In this document: one piece after another, positions 1-11,271 of the stretch | Position numbering within the stretch: the first letter of the stretch is position 1 | Layout: each line of letters begins with the position of its first letter | Assembly: GCF_016433145.1 (NCBI RefSeq) | Contig: NC_058134.1 | Location: forward strand, 286,903,449-286,967,448 | Direction: 5' to 3' | Length of the DNA: 64,000 bases | DNA from: Gracilinanus agilis | Taxonomy: Eukaryota | Notes under the pieces: generated by a model | Databases searched by the model: none | What the model saw: only the letters and a program-made list of their open reading frames with translations | Told to the model about the DNA's origin: nothing | Position numbers and translations under genes: made by a program

Positions 1-31
1 CCAAGGTTTACAGTAGAGCCCAGTCCAAGGT

Positions 32-264
32 TTACAGTAGAGGGTTCCCAGAGAAATACTGCAGCCGGTCTCTGCTCAGTTTTTTCTCTTTCATTCTTCT
101 GTTCTGAAACCAAATCTTCACTTGTCGGTCTGTCAGGTTCAGCATCCGGGACAGCTGCAGCCGCTTTTCTTTGTTGATATAGACGTTGAAGAAAAATTCT
201 CTCTCCAGTTCCCGGATCTGGAATTTCGAATAAGGGCAGCGCTTCTTTCGGGTGCGGGGGGCGT
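32..264 (-). CDS. HOXC11: HOXC11 exon 2 (homeodomain)
   Basis: Translates (N)[76 protein letters not shown], matching the human HOXC11 C-terminus as recalled. Acceptor ctccag|AC has its AG at 266-265; stop TAA at 34-32; 233 nt completes the phase-1 intron. Confidence 0.98.
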
Positions 265-1459
265 CTGGAGGTAGGAGGGACAAGTACAAGGAGAGGGAGA
301 AAGAGACAAGTCAGACGCCAAGGACCCCAGAAACCTGGGGAGGAGACTCCCTCAGCCCGCCCCAGCCCTGACCTCCGGCCTTTTCCTTCCATCCTGACAG
401 GGTGCTCTTGGAAGCAGGGCGCATGCAGCCTCCCAGCCTCACCGGCTCCAGCTTATATGGACCGAGAGGCTCTACAAGCGAATCTCCCCCGGAATTGCTG
501 GGCCTGCTTATATTATTATCGAGACATCTAGATTTGTTTGCATGTCCAGAATATCAGCTATTATTTAGAAGAGTGGAGCCAGGAAGGCACAGACAGAGGC
601 TGGAAAGGGGGACTAGGGAGAAAGAAAACCAGTAGCTTTCTTCACATCTGCCTATATCTTCCTCTCAGTCTTTCTTTCCCTAAAGCCTCCAACCCCAGAG
701 GCCTCTACCGGCTCAACTTCTGTTCTGCCCAAGTTTCCCACAGATCTGTCCGGCCCTCGAGCCATCCTCCTAGCAAAAGAAGTGGAACTGAAATCGGGGA
801 AACTATTAGGTACCAGGCGCTCAACCCACTCCAGAGATCCAGGCCCAGGAGCTGATCCGTGGGAAGCGAGAATGGGCACTTTTCAATGAGACCACCCCTC
901 CCCAGAAGCCTGCACTTTGGTTATTGAATTTTGCATCTTAAAGCTTTGGAGCTTCTAATAGACACTGGCAAAGCCCTGCCAATAATTTCCCCAGACCCCG
1001 CAGAAGGAAAGAAAATACAGCCTTCTGTAACTGTCCCTTCACCACCACTTTCTGCCAGTGGACTGTTCTGTCCCCTGCCCTAAGTTCTCCCAGACATTTC
1101 GTTTCCATTTTTAAAGAAAACCTAAAAGGAGACGAAGCAAACCAGCCCTCGATTGCCATTCTTGTTTAATGTTCTGCTCAATTGCCTCTCTAGCCCCCCC
1201 ACCCCCTCTCTTCTCTCCTCTCTGTCTCACACTCGCCCTCCCCTTTCTCCCCCTCCACTCCTCCCCTCCCTCCCACCCCCCTCAGCAGTCCAGCTCCCCG
1301 ATCCTTCCTTCCTTAAATGCTCCTCTAAGTTCACGATCAAAGTTAATATCGCCCGCGATGGTGGCGCTTTTAAAAATATTTCAGACTAAGGGAGATAAGG
1401 GGGGGGGGGGGTTCACAGAGCATTTCCAAAGAGCCCTTTTCCCTCGCTCCCCACCCTTT

Positions 1460-1550
1460 CTCCATCGTAAAAAGTCGAGTCGTTGGGAGAGAGGGCTTTG
1501 TAGGTTATAATAAAATCCTTTGAATGCTTATAAAACTCCACATAAAATCA
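1460..1550. promoter_or_regulatory. Cluster of posterior-HOX/CDX binding motifs near the 5' end of the HOXC11 intron
   Basis: TCGTAAAA 1465-1472, TAATAAAA 1508-1515, TTATAAAA 1528-1535 and CATAAAA 1541-1547, all in the same orientation, about 100-180 nt from the donor. Confidence 0.6.
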
Positions 1551-1644
1551 GACCGACCCAAAACACGAGTCAACACCCCCCGCCTGCTTTCCCCCTCCGC
1601 CCTTAACCTCCCCCAGTTTACTGGCTAGGAGACTCGCTACCTAC

Positions 1645-2317
1645 TGGAACTGGTTCCCTTGCTAGCCTCTTTGCTGGCGGAGTGGGACGAGCCGGATGAG
1701 CTGGGGTTAGTGTTCTCCTCCTCGTCCTCCGGGTCTCCTCCGGACTCGGGCCGGGGAGCTAGGACTCCGGGCTGGGGGGGATCGGGTTCCCCCTTGCCTT
1801 CTCCCTTGCCCACGCATGGGGGCTCGGCCGGCCCATCGCTCCCACAGTAGGCATTGTCGAAGAATCGGTCGAAGGCTTGGGGCAGGACGCTGTTCTTGTT
1901 GACAGACGAATAGAAGCCGGGGCCCGGGTGGGGGGCGCTGGGGTGGTGATGGCTGCCGTAGGAGCCTTCGTTTTTCATGAGGATCTCGGTCACGGTGGAA
2001 GGAGGGAGGCATTCCCTGTGCATGAGCTCGTCGGCAGCGTAGCAGGAAGAGTAGCTGTTCCTGTGATGCCATTTCCCCGAGGTCTCCAGGCCATAGGAGA
2101 CCTCCCGGACTGGGGGCACTTGGGTGGAGTAAGGGTAGGAGATCTGGCGAGAAGGGGCCTGGGGCAGGAAAGAAGAGACGGTAGAGAACTCGGGCACGTA
2201 GTAAGTGCAGCTGGGCAGATAGAGATTGGAGGCGCAGCTCCCTCTTTCGCCGAAATCAGCGCCCCTCTCTTTGCGCGACGGCGAGCAGAAGTTACCCAGG
2301 TTAACCGAGTTAAACAT
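1645..2317 (-). CDS. HOXC11: HOXC11 exon 1
   Basis: ATG at 2317-2315; [40 protein letters not shown]... is the HOXC11 N-terminus. Donor TCCA|GTAGGT after 1645. 673 nt + 233 nt = 906 nt = 301 aa plus stop. Confidence 0.97.
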
Positions 2318-2521
2318 CGTTCTCCTTTTCCGCCTGCTCTAGATGGAGGTTTTGGACCCAGTCTAGCNNNNNNNNNNNNNNNNNNNNNNNNNNNNNNNNN
2401 NNNNNNNNNNNNNNNNNNNNNNNNNNNNNNNNNNNNNNNNNNNNNNNNNNNNNNNNNNNNNNNNNNNNNNNNNNNNNNNNNNNNNNNNNNNNNNNNNNNN
2501 NNNNNNNNNNNNNNNNNNNNN

Positions 2522-2700
2522 AGGCGATTGGTTTGAGAACACCGCAGAAACATTATGAAAATCAATTGCAGATTTGTATTCCTGTTCTCTCGTCACTCCC
2601 CTCTTCTCCATTCCAGGGAGCGAGCAAAAGAGGAGAGAGGGTTGGGGTGGGGGGGGGGGCGGGCGGATGGAGAGGGGGAGTTTGGGGGGCCAGTTATATT
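2522..2700 (-). promoter_or_regulatory. HOXC11 proximal promoter (TSS probably in gap 2368-2521)
   Basis: NF-Y box (minus strand AACCAATCG; ATTGG at 2527-2531) directly upstream of the gap, followed by G-rich tracts; about 210 nt upstream of the ATG. Confidence 0.65.
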
Positions 2701-3099
2701 TTCTTATCCCTACTGCTTTTCGCCCCTCAGGACTGGGGGAAGGGAGGGGAGTTCTCACATAAGATGAGGGGGTCTCACTCCCTCTCCCTCCATCTAGACA
2801 GGGACTAGGTGGATGTGTGGAAGTGGGGAGGGCTAACATTCATTCCTCTCCCCGTTCCATCTGGGAAGAAGTGGATTTATTCCTCTTTCTCTCCCAGGGT
2901 TTTAATGATCTCCTCCCTCAGCCACACTACACACAGTAACCTGTTTGGCAGAATGAAAAAGAGTTTGGTAACTTCTCTTTAGCTTCAGGATCTGGGGTCG
3001 AAAGTGGGGAAAGGAGCTCTTTCCTTTCCCTTTGGGTAAACAGCAAGGTGAGAGAAGTTTCCCAAAGGTTCTTGAGCCCAGCATTGAGCATCCTAACTT

Positions 3100-3310
3100 T
3101 TTCTCACTCCTCTGCTCATTTCTCGATCGCTTTGGGCTATGAAATTAGTCATCTATCAGAGGGGCGAGCCAACGAGTCCAGCCGGTGCCTGGCTAAGTCT
3201 GGGAAAAACCTCTTCTAATGTTGTGTTAAATATTTAGTGAGAGAGAGTGGCCCTGGTGAATATTTCATACCCGCCTTTATTGTCAATCAATGCAGAGAAA
3301 GCTATATCCA
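3100..3310. promoter_or_regulatory. Candidate conserved element upstream of HOXC11 with a PBX/MEIS-type site
   Basis: High-complexity, CpG-retaining block; TGTCAATCA at 3281-3289 (minus strand TGATTGACA) next to TTTATT. Conservation is inferred, not aligned. Confidence 0.45.
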
Positions 3311-4388
3311 CTGTGGATTCAAACCCCCCAAACCCCAAAGAAAAAGACTGATCCAAGCCACTTGTCTTATATTTCCTTCCTTCCCTCCCTCTACCTTTCT
3401 GGATCTGGCTCCCACATACATCCACTGCTAATTCCTTACTCCCTTTCGGGACCCACCGGGACCCACTGACCATGACCAGACAGGACTGCAGGAAAACCCC
3501 AGGGCTCTGAGAGCCTCTCTCCAATTTTAGGGTTCCCCTTTTCCTCCAATTCCCTCTTCCTGGAAATACTGGGAGACTGGAGGCTTTGAGGCCGGCTGGT
3601 GGGGCCCCCAATTTCATTAGAGGAGGCGAGTCCCAAGTTTTGGGAAATTTTTCATCTCCCAAGGCAGGGGTAGTGACAGCTGCTGACTCCCATCCCATTT
3701 CCTCAGCCGAGTTGCTGGGTTGGGAAAGGTTTGAGGACTGCATATTTTTTGTTATTATTGTTCCCTCACTCCCAGGCAGGCATAGTTCTTTCCTTCTCAT
3801 CCCTTTGCTTTTTGGTCCCCTCTGAAGGGACCAGTGATTTCACCAGAGTTCTCTAATGGGGGACCCTCCCTTACCCCAATCCTTCTTCCACTCGACCTCT
3901 GTCCAACCACACTGGACACAACTGAGCAGGAAAAAAGAAGTTTATTTGAGGGAACATCAGCCTTGCACTTAGTGAGGAAGAGATAAAACGGCTTGGGGCT
4001 AGGACATACAAGGCAAATGAGACGTTTCCAATAGTCTTCTCCATCCCCACCCCAGAAAAAAATGGCAATAACCCTAAAATGAATTCAGACCCAAATGTTG
4101 GAAAGGAGGTTCACTAGCTTCCCTTTGTGGGGGACGGGGGGAAGCTGGCCAGAGCTGTGATCGTTCTGGACCTTCTATCTAGGCGACTTCTGTTTTCATT
4201 TTTATTTCATTTCCCAAGGTTTTGTTTTCTTTTGCCCATTCAGGATATGTTGGGAATTGGTAGCCAGAGGAATTTCTCTGGCCTTCGTCTAGGGACCCCC
4301 TACCCTAGTCTTCCTATCCTCAAACCAAATCATCTTCGTATACTCTTTGGCGCCCGACGGCTGCTGCTGCCTGTGGGTGCTGGGAAGG

Positions 4389-4413
4389 AAAAAAAAAAAA
4401 AAAAAAAAAAAAA
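4389..4413 (+). repeat. poly(A) run of 25 nt
   Basis: Read directly; no recognisable SINE or retrogene body upstream. Confidence 0.9.
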
Positions 4414-5554
4414 CTTGTACTCCATTAAAGGCAACATCTGGAGCCAGCGGTGGTCTCCGTCCCAGCCTCGGGGCTGGGCAAGCTACAGAGGACACCAGCA
4501 TTCTATTTTTTTTAATATCCTAATAAGCTCTGTAAACCAGGGATGAACTCAAGATCCAAAATCCCAACTTGCCTCAATCCCTTTCCCTGGCGCCCCAAGC
4601 CCCTTTCGTTCCATTTTGCCTTATTTCGGAATATATGCTGAAAGAAATGGAGAGATTTCCTATTCAGCACAAATAAATAAATACATATATATCAATCTAA
4701 ATAAATATTAGAAAATATAATAGAATTGGTAAAAATAAGAGTCTTAAGAAGAAAGAAAAGGTCAGAGACAGCTTAGAAGTTAGCCAAAATATCGGTAGTC
4801 TTCTTTCTTCTCTGTCTCAATTAGAGAGTAATTTGGGCCAGAGTTTTTAATTATCATGTTAGAGAAGTGTGGACTGTAGGTTTTATAGGGTCCACTAGGA
4901 CCCCGTGGTGCTGTTGTTTCTGAGAGATGAGAAGATTCCCCATTCTAGGATGGAGCCTTGAGTTGGGGAAATGAGTAGAGACACCCCTCTTTTCTAGGAA
5001 TATGGAACTTGGGAGAGACAAAGGGAGCTGCCCCCACAGGTCAAGGCTATGACTCCCCCTCCTTCCCCTAGTCTAACTTCTTCCCCAATCCTAGGGCCCC
5101 TTCTCAGACCCCAGACTGGAGGCCTGGAGGGGGCGGACTGGTGTGGGGTGTGGGGTGAAGGATCAATAGCCTAAGAAGTAAATAGCTGTGAACACCCAGT
5201 GTAAAAGTGTGTGTGTTTGGGGGGTGGGGGCAGTTGCCGCCTTCCTGTGAGGAGACAGCTGTTCGGCCTTAGCACTTGAATTTGACCACCAAAGTTTATT
5301 CCGGGGCCACCATAAAAGTGAGACCAGCGACGGGGAGGGAGCAGCCGGCGGCTCCATTTCCTTGAGACAGAAAAGAAAGAAAAAAAGTCAAAGGAGTTTG
5401 AACTATGGAAACTATGAAGCTATGAGATTGCCTGAAGCAGGCGACACAGTGCTTGGGGAGGGGGCTACTTGTTCTCTTCCCTACAAAATCGTCCCCAAAG
5501 TTAACTGAAATCTCCCTATTTAAATCTGATCCTTGTTTGTTTTCAAAAAGTGGG

Positions 5555-5680
5555 GGCACTATTTAAACCCTTCCTTTCACTCCAGCCCCAACCCAATCGG
5601 GATTGGGTCTGGGGGTGGAGGGTGGGTGTGAGAAGCACATGGCTAAGGCAGCCGAGGTCACTGAGGCGTTGATTGGCAAA
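5555..5680 (-). promoter_or_regulatory. Candidate orphan TATA/CCAAT promoter
   Basis: TATTTAAA 5560-5567, inverted CCAAT pair CCCAATC-GG-GATTGGG 5592-5607, third box ATTGG 5672-5676. Confidence 0.4.
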
Positions 5681-7540
5681 TATGCCCATGGAATGGCCTG
5701 GCCTTCTCTTTCTGGCTCCAGGGCCCCGCCTGGGAGCCTGGCCCTGGGACTGGGCCATCTGGAGAGAGATTGGGAAGCTCTTCCTATGTCCCCTCCCATC
5801 CAGTCCATAGGCAATTCCCCGAGCAGCTCCTGGCCTGGCCGCTGGCCCCTCTGTGTCTGTCTCCAGTTCTGGAGTTACGGAGTAGAGGCAGCCAGAGAGT
5901 TCTAAAGTGCTCATTTATTTCAACTCCCAGAAAATTACTCCTGGATCCTCTGCCTCCCCACCTACCTACTGAGTAAAGCTGCTCTTTTATGTCAGAGACA
6001 GGAGAGTGAGACAGGCTGAGGGAATAAACTAATTTCCCCTCCTTTTTTTTTTTTCCAGAGGGAGAAGGGAGACAAATATCCCCATAACCTTCTCTACCTT
6101 CCCTCCTCTTCCACTCACTCACCTACAGGGAAAATGAGGATGTTATAACGCAGGAAAACTTAACAATGGAATGAAGTAGTAAGTCACCCTGAAACCGGTG
6201 CTGGCCGATGCCCTGCATGTACCACACATTCTCTAGACTCAGCGGTTGATAGATAGCTAACAATTTCTTTAGGTTCCTTTGGCTACTCTAACTCTCTACA
6301 TTGGTTTGTAAGTCTTTGGGTTCTCTCTCTCTCAACCTTGTATCTCTGAAATCTCTTAAAGAAAGAGGGGGGAAATATCCCTTCAACGAGCCCTATGCTT
6401 CTGAAGTCTGAGGAAATCGCTGAGGTTATAATTTGGTGGGGCTCTTCTTGCCTTCCTAGTTTCCTCTTGATGGTTCTTGTTTCCTCTCATATTTGGCGGA
6501 ACAGTTCTTTCTTCCCGAAGGCAGTTGGGCAGGTTCTTTAGGAATAAGAAGAGCTCAGACTGGTTTCTTTAAATAAGAAGAGTATGGGGTGGGGTGGAGA
6601 TAATCGGGGCCAACCCCAAGTGTCAGAAATCAGTGTCACTGGAAAGACGAAAGTCCGGAGGACTTGAGGACAACTCCAAGGGGGAAATGAGGTCACTTAA
6701 TTCTCTTCTTAGACCTGAGCTCTAAGTTTAGTTTCATGTGGAGTCAATAAAGCAAAAAGGAGAGAAGAGAGAGATGACTGTGAATCATGCCGAGATGGTT
6801 TGAGTACTGGGAGGGCCAGTAATTTATATTTATTTTCTTTTCCTTTTCTTTTCATACTGCTTTGTAGGATATTTTATTTTCTCTTTTCTATTGAGGATGT
6901 ATTTCCCTTTATGTGAGTTATTAAGCTTTTCGGGGAGAATCTGCCCAGATCTAATGCGGGGAGGCCAGTGGCTGGTGGCCTGGCAGAGATTGTCTCCGTT
7001 TCAGTTTGGGGCCCTGAGGAACTGCTACAAGGAACAGAGCGGGATGGAATGGGGCGGCAGCCCAAGCCTAGAACCACCCAGACTCTTGTTTCTCCTCTAG
7101 ACCCCTTCTGGATCTCTCACTCCCCTCTTGGGCCGAGGCATCATTTCAGTGAATGGGAACGGACTAGCCTGCCAGGAACTGCAGGATCAATTGGGGTACG
7201 GGAAAATCCCCCAGCTCGACCGCCTCTCTCAGTCTCTACCCTGCATCCCTAGCCGGAAAAAAAAGAAAGATAACAAAAAGCATTGAGCAGTGCAAGTTCA
7301 TTTCTGCCATTTTAAAAAGCCCATTTTACAAGTTGGCTTCATTGGCCCATTTGCCAGACACCCTAAAACGAAGGCTATAGGAAACACTAGGACTAGAAGG
7401 AAGTCTTTCTTCTTTGGAAGCAAGAAAGATTCTGCCCCATTCACTTATTGCACAGGCACAGAAAACTGATTCCCTTTTCTCCTGGGCCACCTGAGCCCTG
7501 GCTATAGCTAGGACCTCAAAACTCCTAATTTAAAAGATTG

Positions 7541-7690
7541 AGAGGGAGGAGAGGCAAGGAGGGAAGATAAGGGAAAGAGAAAAGGAGAAGACAAAAGTGA
7601 CAGAGGGAGAGGAAGAAAGGGAAAGAGAGAGGAGAGACAGAGAAGGAGAAGTGAGTGCGCAGAGGAGAACAGGAGAGGTGACAGGGATGG
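7541..7690 (+). repeat. GA-rich polypurine low-complexity tract
   Basis: About 150 nt almost entirely G/A. Confidence 0.8.
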
Positions 7691-10489
7691 GCTGCCGGAT
7701 GCCATTCCCCCCTTTTAGCGCCTACTTAAAGTCTCCTACCCAGTCCTCCATGATCAAAGTGAGATGTCGGCATTTTTATGAGATCAACTTCAGGGGCTCT
7801 TAACGTGTAATCAGACGCCTGGGTCGAAAATGAAAAGGGTAGAAATAACCCCAGAAAGAAGAGAAAGGTGGTGGTGGTGGTGGTGTCGCTTAGTGAGGAA
7901 AATCAGATGAAACTTATCAAGAAGATTCTGGTGACCAAAAATGTTTACAAATTGTTTCTGCTTCTAGCAGGAAATCTCATCCATACTTCCACCAGTGACT
8001 CCAAAGTGGAAATTCATTTTCTTGTTCTTTGTAGAGTAGCAGCAGTGGGCATAGCCAGATATTGCTCTAAAGCACCCCGGAATGATAGGCATGATATAGA
8101 GGTACTAGTCCTGGTAATACGAGAGAAAGAGTTAGTGTGCAGAAGAGTACTGCATCCATCACATACTATTTATTACTCCAGCTTCTTTTATTTTGGTCAA
8201 CTTTTGGATCACTTTCTAAGATCCTTCTCGGTACTACAAGCCAGAAGGCTTCAGATAAGGAAGCTATGCCAGAGAATGATTGCCTGGCCCCAAACTTCGA
8301 GAGCCTTATTGCTTTCAGGCGTTGTCCATTGTATGGATTTTTAGCTGTGTACATTTGAGAAGCAGAGAGATCGATGGCTCCTTGTTTGTCGGTGTGAGCG
8401 GGTTGCATGTATGTGGAGGTGTGTGTCCGTCATATATGAATGTTTGGAATTGCTGTGAAGCTAATTGCGTGTGTTGCATATATATGTTTTTAAGCATTGT
8501 GCTGTCTGTATGGTAATGTGAGTGAACTGGAAGTGGATCTACATGAATGTCCTGGATAAGTGTATGTGTATGCATGTGCACATCTGTGTACATGAGTATA
8601 GTGAGTAAGTTTGCTTGTATATATGCCTAGTTACTTTACCGTATTGGTTTCTGCATATATTTATAATCTATATGTATATAATAACATATGACTCTGTTAT
8701 GTGTAAATGGATAGGTTAATGTGCTTTGATGGATTGTACATTATGTGTACCCAAGAGTAATATACTTCTGCGTTCATGGGCACTCATCCCTATGCACAAT
8801 AGACTTTGGGCATGATTTTCTTTTCAGTGAATCTCAAGTGAGGAAATGTATATCATTGTGCAGTGTTCATCTGTGTCTCCCTGTACTTTATAGTCGTGTG
8901 TACTACGTATACGTATTTGTGCCCAGAAGGGATGCCATATGCTTATATCTGGGTGTGGATCCAGTAATAAGTTTGATTTCTCTGTAAAAATAGTTCTTGG
9001 GGGCTCCCTGACCTCTCTTATTTACCTGTACCCTTACGCTCTTTGAGAACCTAATCTCTGTCTTGTTGAATCTCTGAGAGCACTCACAAAATCCCCTGAA
9101 AGAGTCCTCAGTAGCCCTGCTGACTTCCTTTCTCTTCAAGTGGACCCCAAATTCTACACTTTCTTCCAACTTTTGGCTTGGAGATGAGACATCTTGTCTT
9201 CCCAATTTCATAATGATATTGCTGTCCGTTTAAGAGATAAGGACAGGTAAGGCCTGATCAGCTCTGATAGGGTTGCAAAGTTCTCTCATCTAGATACTTC
9301 CCTTTGTCCCAAGGGTTGATGGATGAGGAAAAGGCATCCCCAATATACCCCTAATACTTGTCTTTTCTGATTGTTAAAAATACAGTATGCCTGGGGAGGG
9401 TAGAGATGGATACAGATGGTAACCAGGAGGGTGTATATCCCATGTTTGCCTGAAAAAGTGTCCTATTCAGCTCCTTAACTCTTTCAATCCCACTTCTAGT
9501 TAGCCAAGCTAGCAAGGGGAATCGAGCTGTAGAAAGTCAGAATCTTGTTTCTTAGATTAGGTTTCTTGGGGGACATGCTTATCTCTATTTCCAAGGGGCC
9601 AGGAACTTGTCTTTAAAGCCACTAGACTTTAAGAACAACAAAGAAATAGAAAATCCTCTTCCTTTGTTTTCTATTTGGGAAGTGGAGGGTCTGAGGGCAC
9701 TGAGGGAAATAGGGACTAGAGAGCAGAAATCTCAGCCTATTCCGGAAACACTGGGGCCTGAACTGGTGGGATTAAATTCCTAATCACAGCCGAAATATAG
9801 GGGTAAAGAGAACGTAAATGGGAGAAAAGGGGTGTACTGGAAGGAGGTAAGAGGACAGGCAGAAAAACAAATCTCTGGACAAAGTCGGCTTCAATCAAAT
9901 GAGCCGTTCCTTCATTTTTTCCCATTCTGTTGTCTCCCTCCTTTTCCTTTTCACTGGGAATTTATTAGAATTTTTTAAAGAGGTCATTCTGATTTGAGCT
10001 CAAGAACTTCAGTTGGAGGATCAGAGAAGAAATCCCACTTTTCCCCTCCCTTCAAACATTCATGCTTGCTGGCTCTTTACCCAAAAGATGCTCAATTTCT
10101 TCCCTCTTTCCCCTAATCCCCTCGGTAGTCACCACCCGGACAGGCCCAATCCAAGAACTTCGATCTAGCCTTCGGGGAGTGACTCAGGATTCACTCTCTC
10201 CTTTCCAATTCATTCTCAGCTCTCTCCTTGATATCATACCAAACTCTAGTTTGTTTGTTTGTTTATCCAGTATGGAGGCACCAGGGTCCAGTACAAGCAA
10301 CGGATATTTGGCCAAGGTTTTATCTCCTTTGCCCCTCATTCACCCAACCTTTGCTAATTTTAGGTTTAAGATGCTTCTTTCTGGGTCTCACTCCCCTCTT
10401 CCCTGACTAAGGAGCTAATAAATGAACAATTAAATAAAGAAATAAATCTCCTCCCTTCCATTCCCTCCCCTTCTTCCTCTCCCCCTTAC

Positions 10490-10625
10490 CGAGTGCGCTT
10501 CATTGTTTTCTGAAGGAAATCGTAATGTTCAGACATTTAAGCTGAAAATGGACTTTTCTTTATGACGTTTAATTTCCTCTTCAACTCTTACGACCTGCTC
10601 AGCATCTTGCAGGAATAGAATGGAT
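10490..10625. promoter_or_regulatory. Candidate conserved element 5' of HOTAIR exon 4
   Basis: CpG-retaining block with ATCGTAAT (10519-10526), TTTATGAC (10559-10566) and CTTACGAC (10587-10594), HOX/CDX-type motifs; truncated by the gap at 10626. Confidence 0.45.
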
Positions 10626-11012
10626 NNNNNNNNNNNNNNNNNNNNNNNNNNNNNNNNNNNNNNNNNNNNNNNNNNNNNNNNNNNNNNNNNNNNNNNNNNN
10701 NNNNNNNNNNNNNNNNNNNNNNNNNNNNNNNNNNNNNNNNNNNNNNNNNNNNNNNNNNNNNNNNNNNNNNNNNNNNNNNNNNNNNNNNNNNNNNNNAGAG
10801 GGAGAAGGAGACGGAGAGGGAGAGACAGACAGGGGAGGAGGGAGGATAGGAGGGAGGGAGCTACCAAAAGAGACAGAGCAGAGGAAGAGACACTAAGGGA
10901 GAAAAGAGAAAAGTTTCCGGGCAGTCTTTCAGTCTTCATTACCTCTGCTTCCATTTCCGCCGCTTCCGCTGGGGCTAGGGGCTGCACGGTGGCGCCCCCA
11001 CCCCCAATAAAG

Positions 11013-11140
11013 GGAGGGGTGAGGCCTTAGTGGGGAAAAGGCCCCAAAGAGGCCAGTGTTTACAAGACCAGAAATGCCACGGCCATGTCCCTGGCCCAGA
11101 GAAAGCCCTGAAAATGGAGGACTAACGCCTTCCTTATAAG
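11013..11140 (+). ncRNA. HOTAIR: HOTAIR exon 4 homologue
   Basis: GCCCCAAAGAG...TGTTTACAAGACCAGAAATGCCACGGCC...AAATGGAGGAC...CGCCTTCCTTATAAG closely matches recalled human HOTAIR exon 4 and ends in donor AAG|GTACGG at 11141. The 5' boundary (taaag| at 11012) is tentative. Antisense to the Hox genes, between HOXC11 and HOXC12. Confidence 0.9.
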
Positions 11141-11271
11141 GTACGGTGCTAACTTGACCTTCACTTTGTAATGGCGCCCCCCGCCCACCCAGACTGCCAG
11201 CGGGCAGCCAAAGTCGCTGGACAAAACAGGAAAGAGAGGAATGGGGCAGCTGAGAAAGAACTACCAAGGCA

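Noticed and set aside
391-470. Faint resemblance (CTGACAGGGT...) to a recalled 5' end of a long human HOTAIR isoform
   Set aside because: Match too short and my recollection too uncertain to support a call.
1637-1644. Second possible HOXC11 donor (AGTAG|GTAGCG) 4 nt downstream
   Set aside because: Would frameshift the homeodomain exon; only the upstream GTAGGT keeps frame.
1659-2565. Long alternative-frame and opposite-strand ORFs over HOXC11 exon 1 (e.g. 1877-2536 +)
   Set aside because: Shadows of a GC-rich coding exon, partly extended through Ns; no recognisable protein.
3234-3800. 188-aa minus-strand ORF upstream of HOXC11
   Set aside because: No domain or coding-like composition; no splice link to HOXC11 evident.
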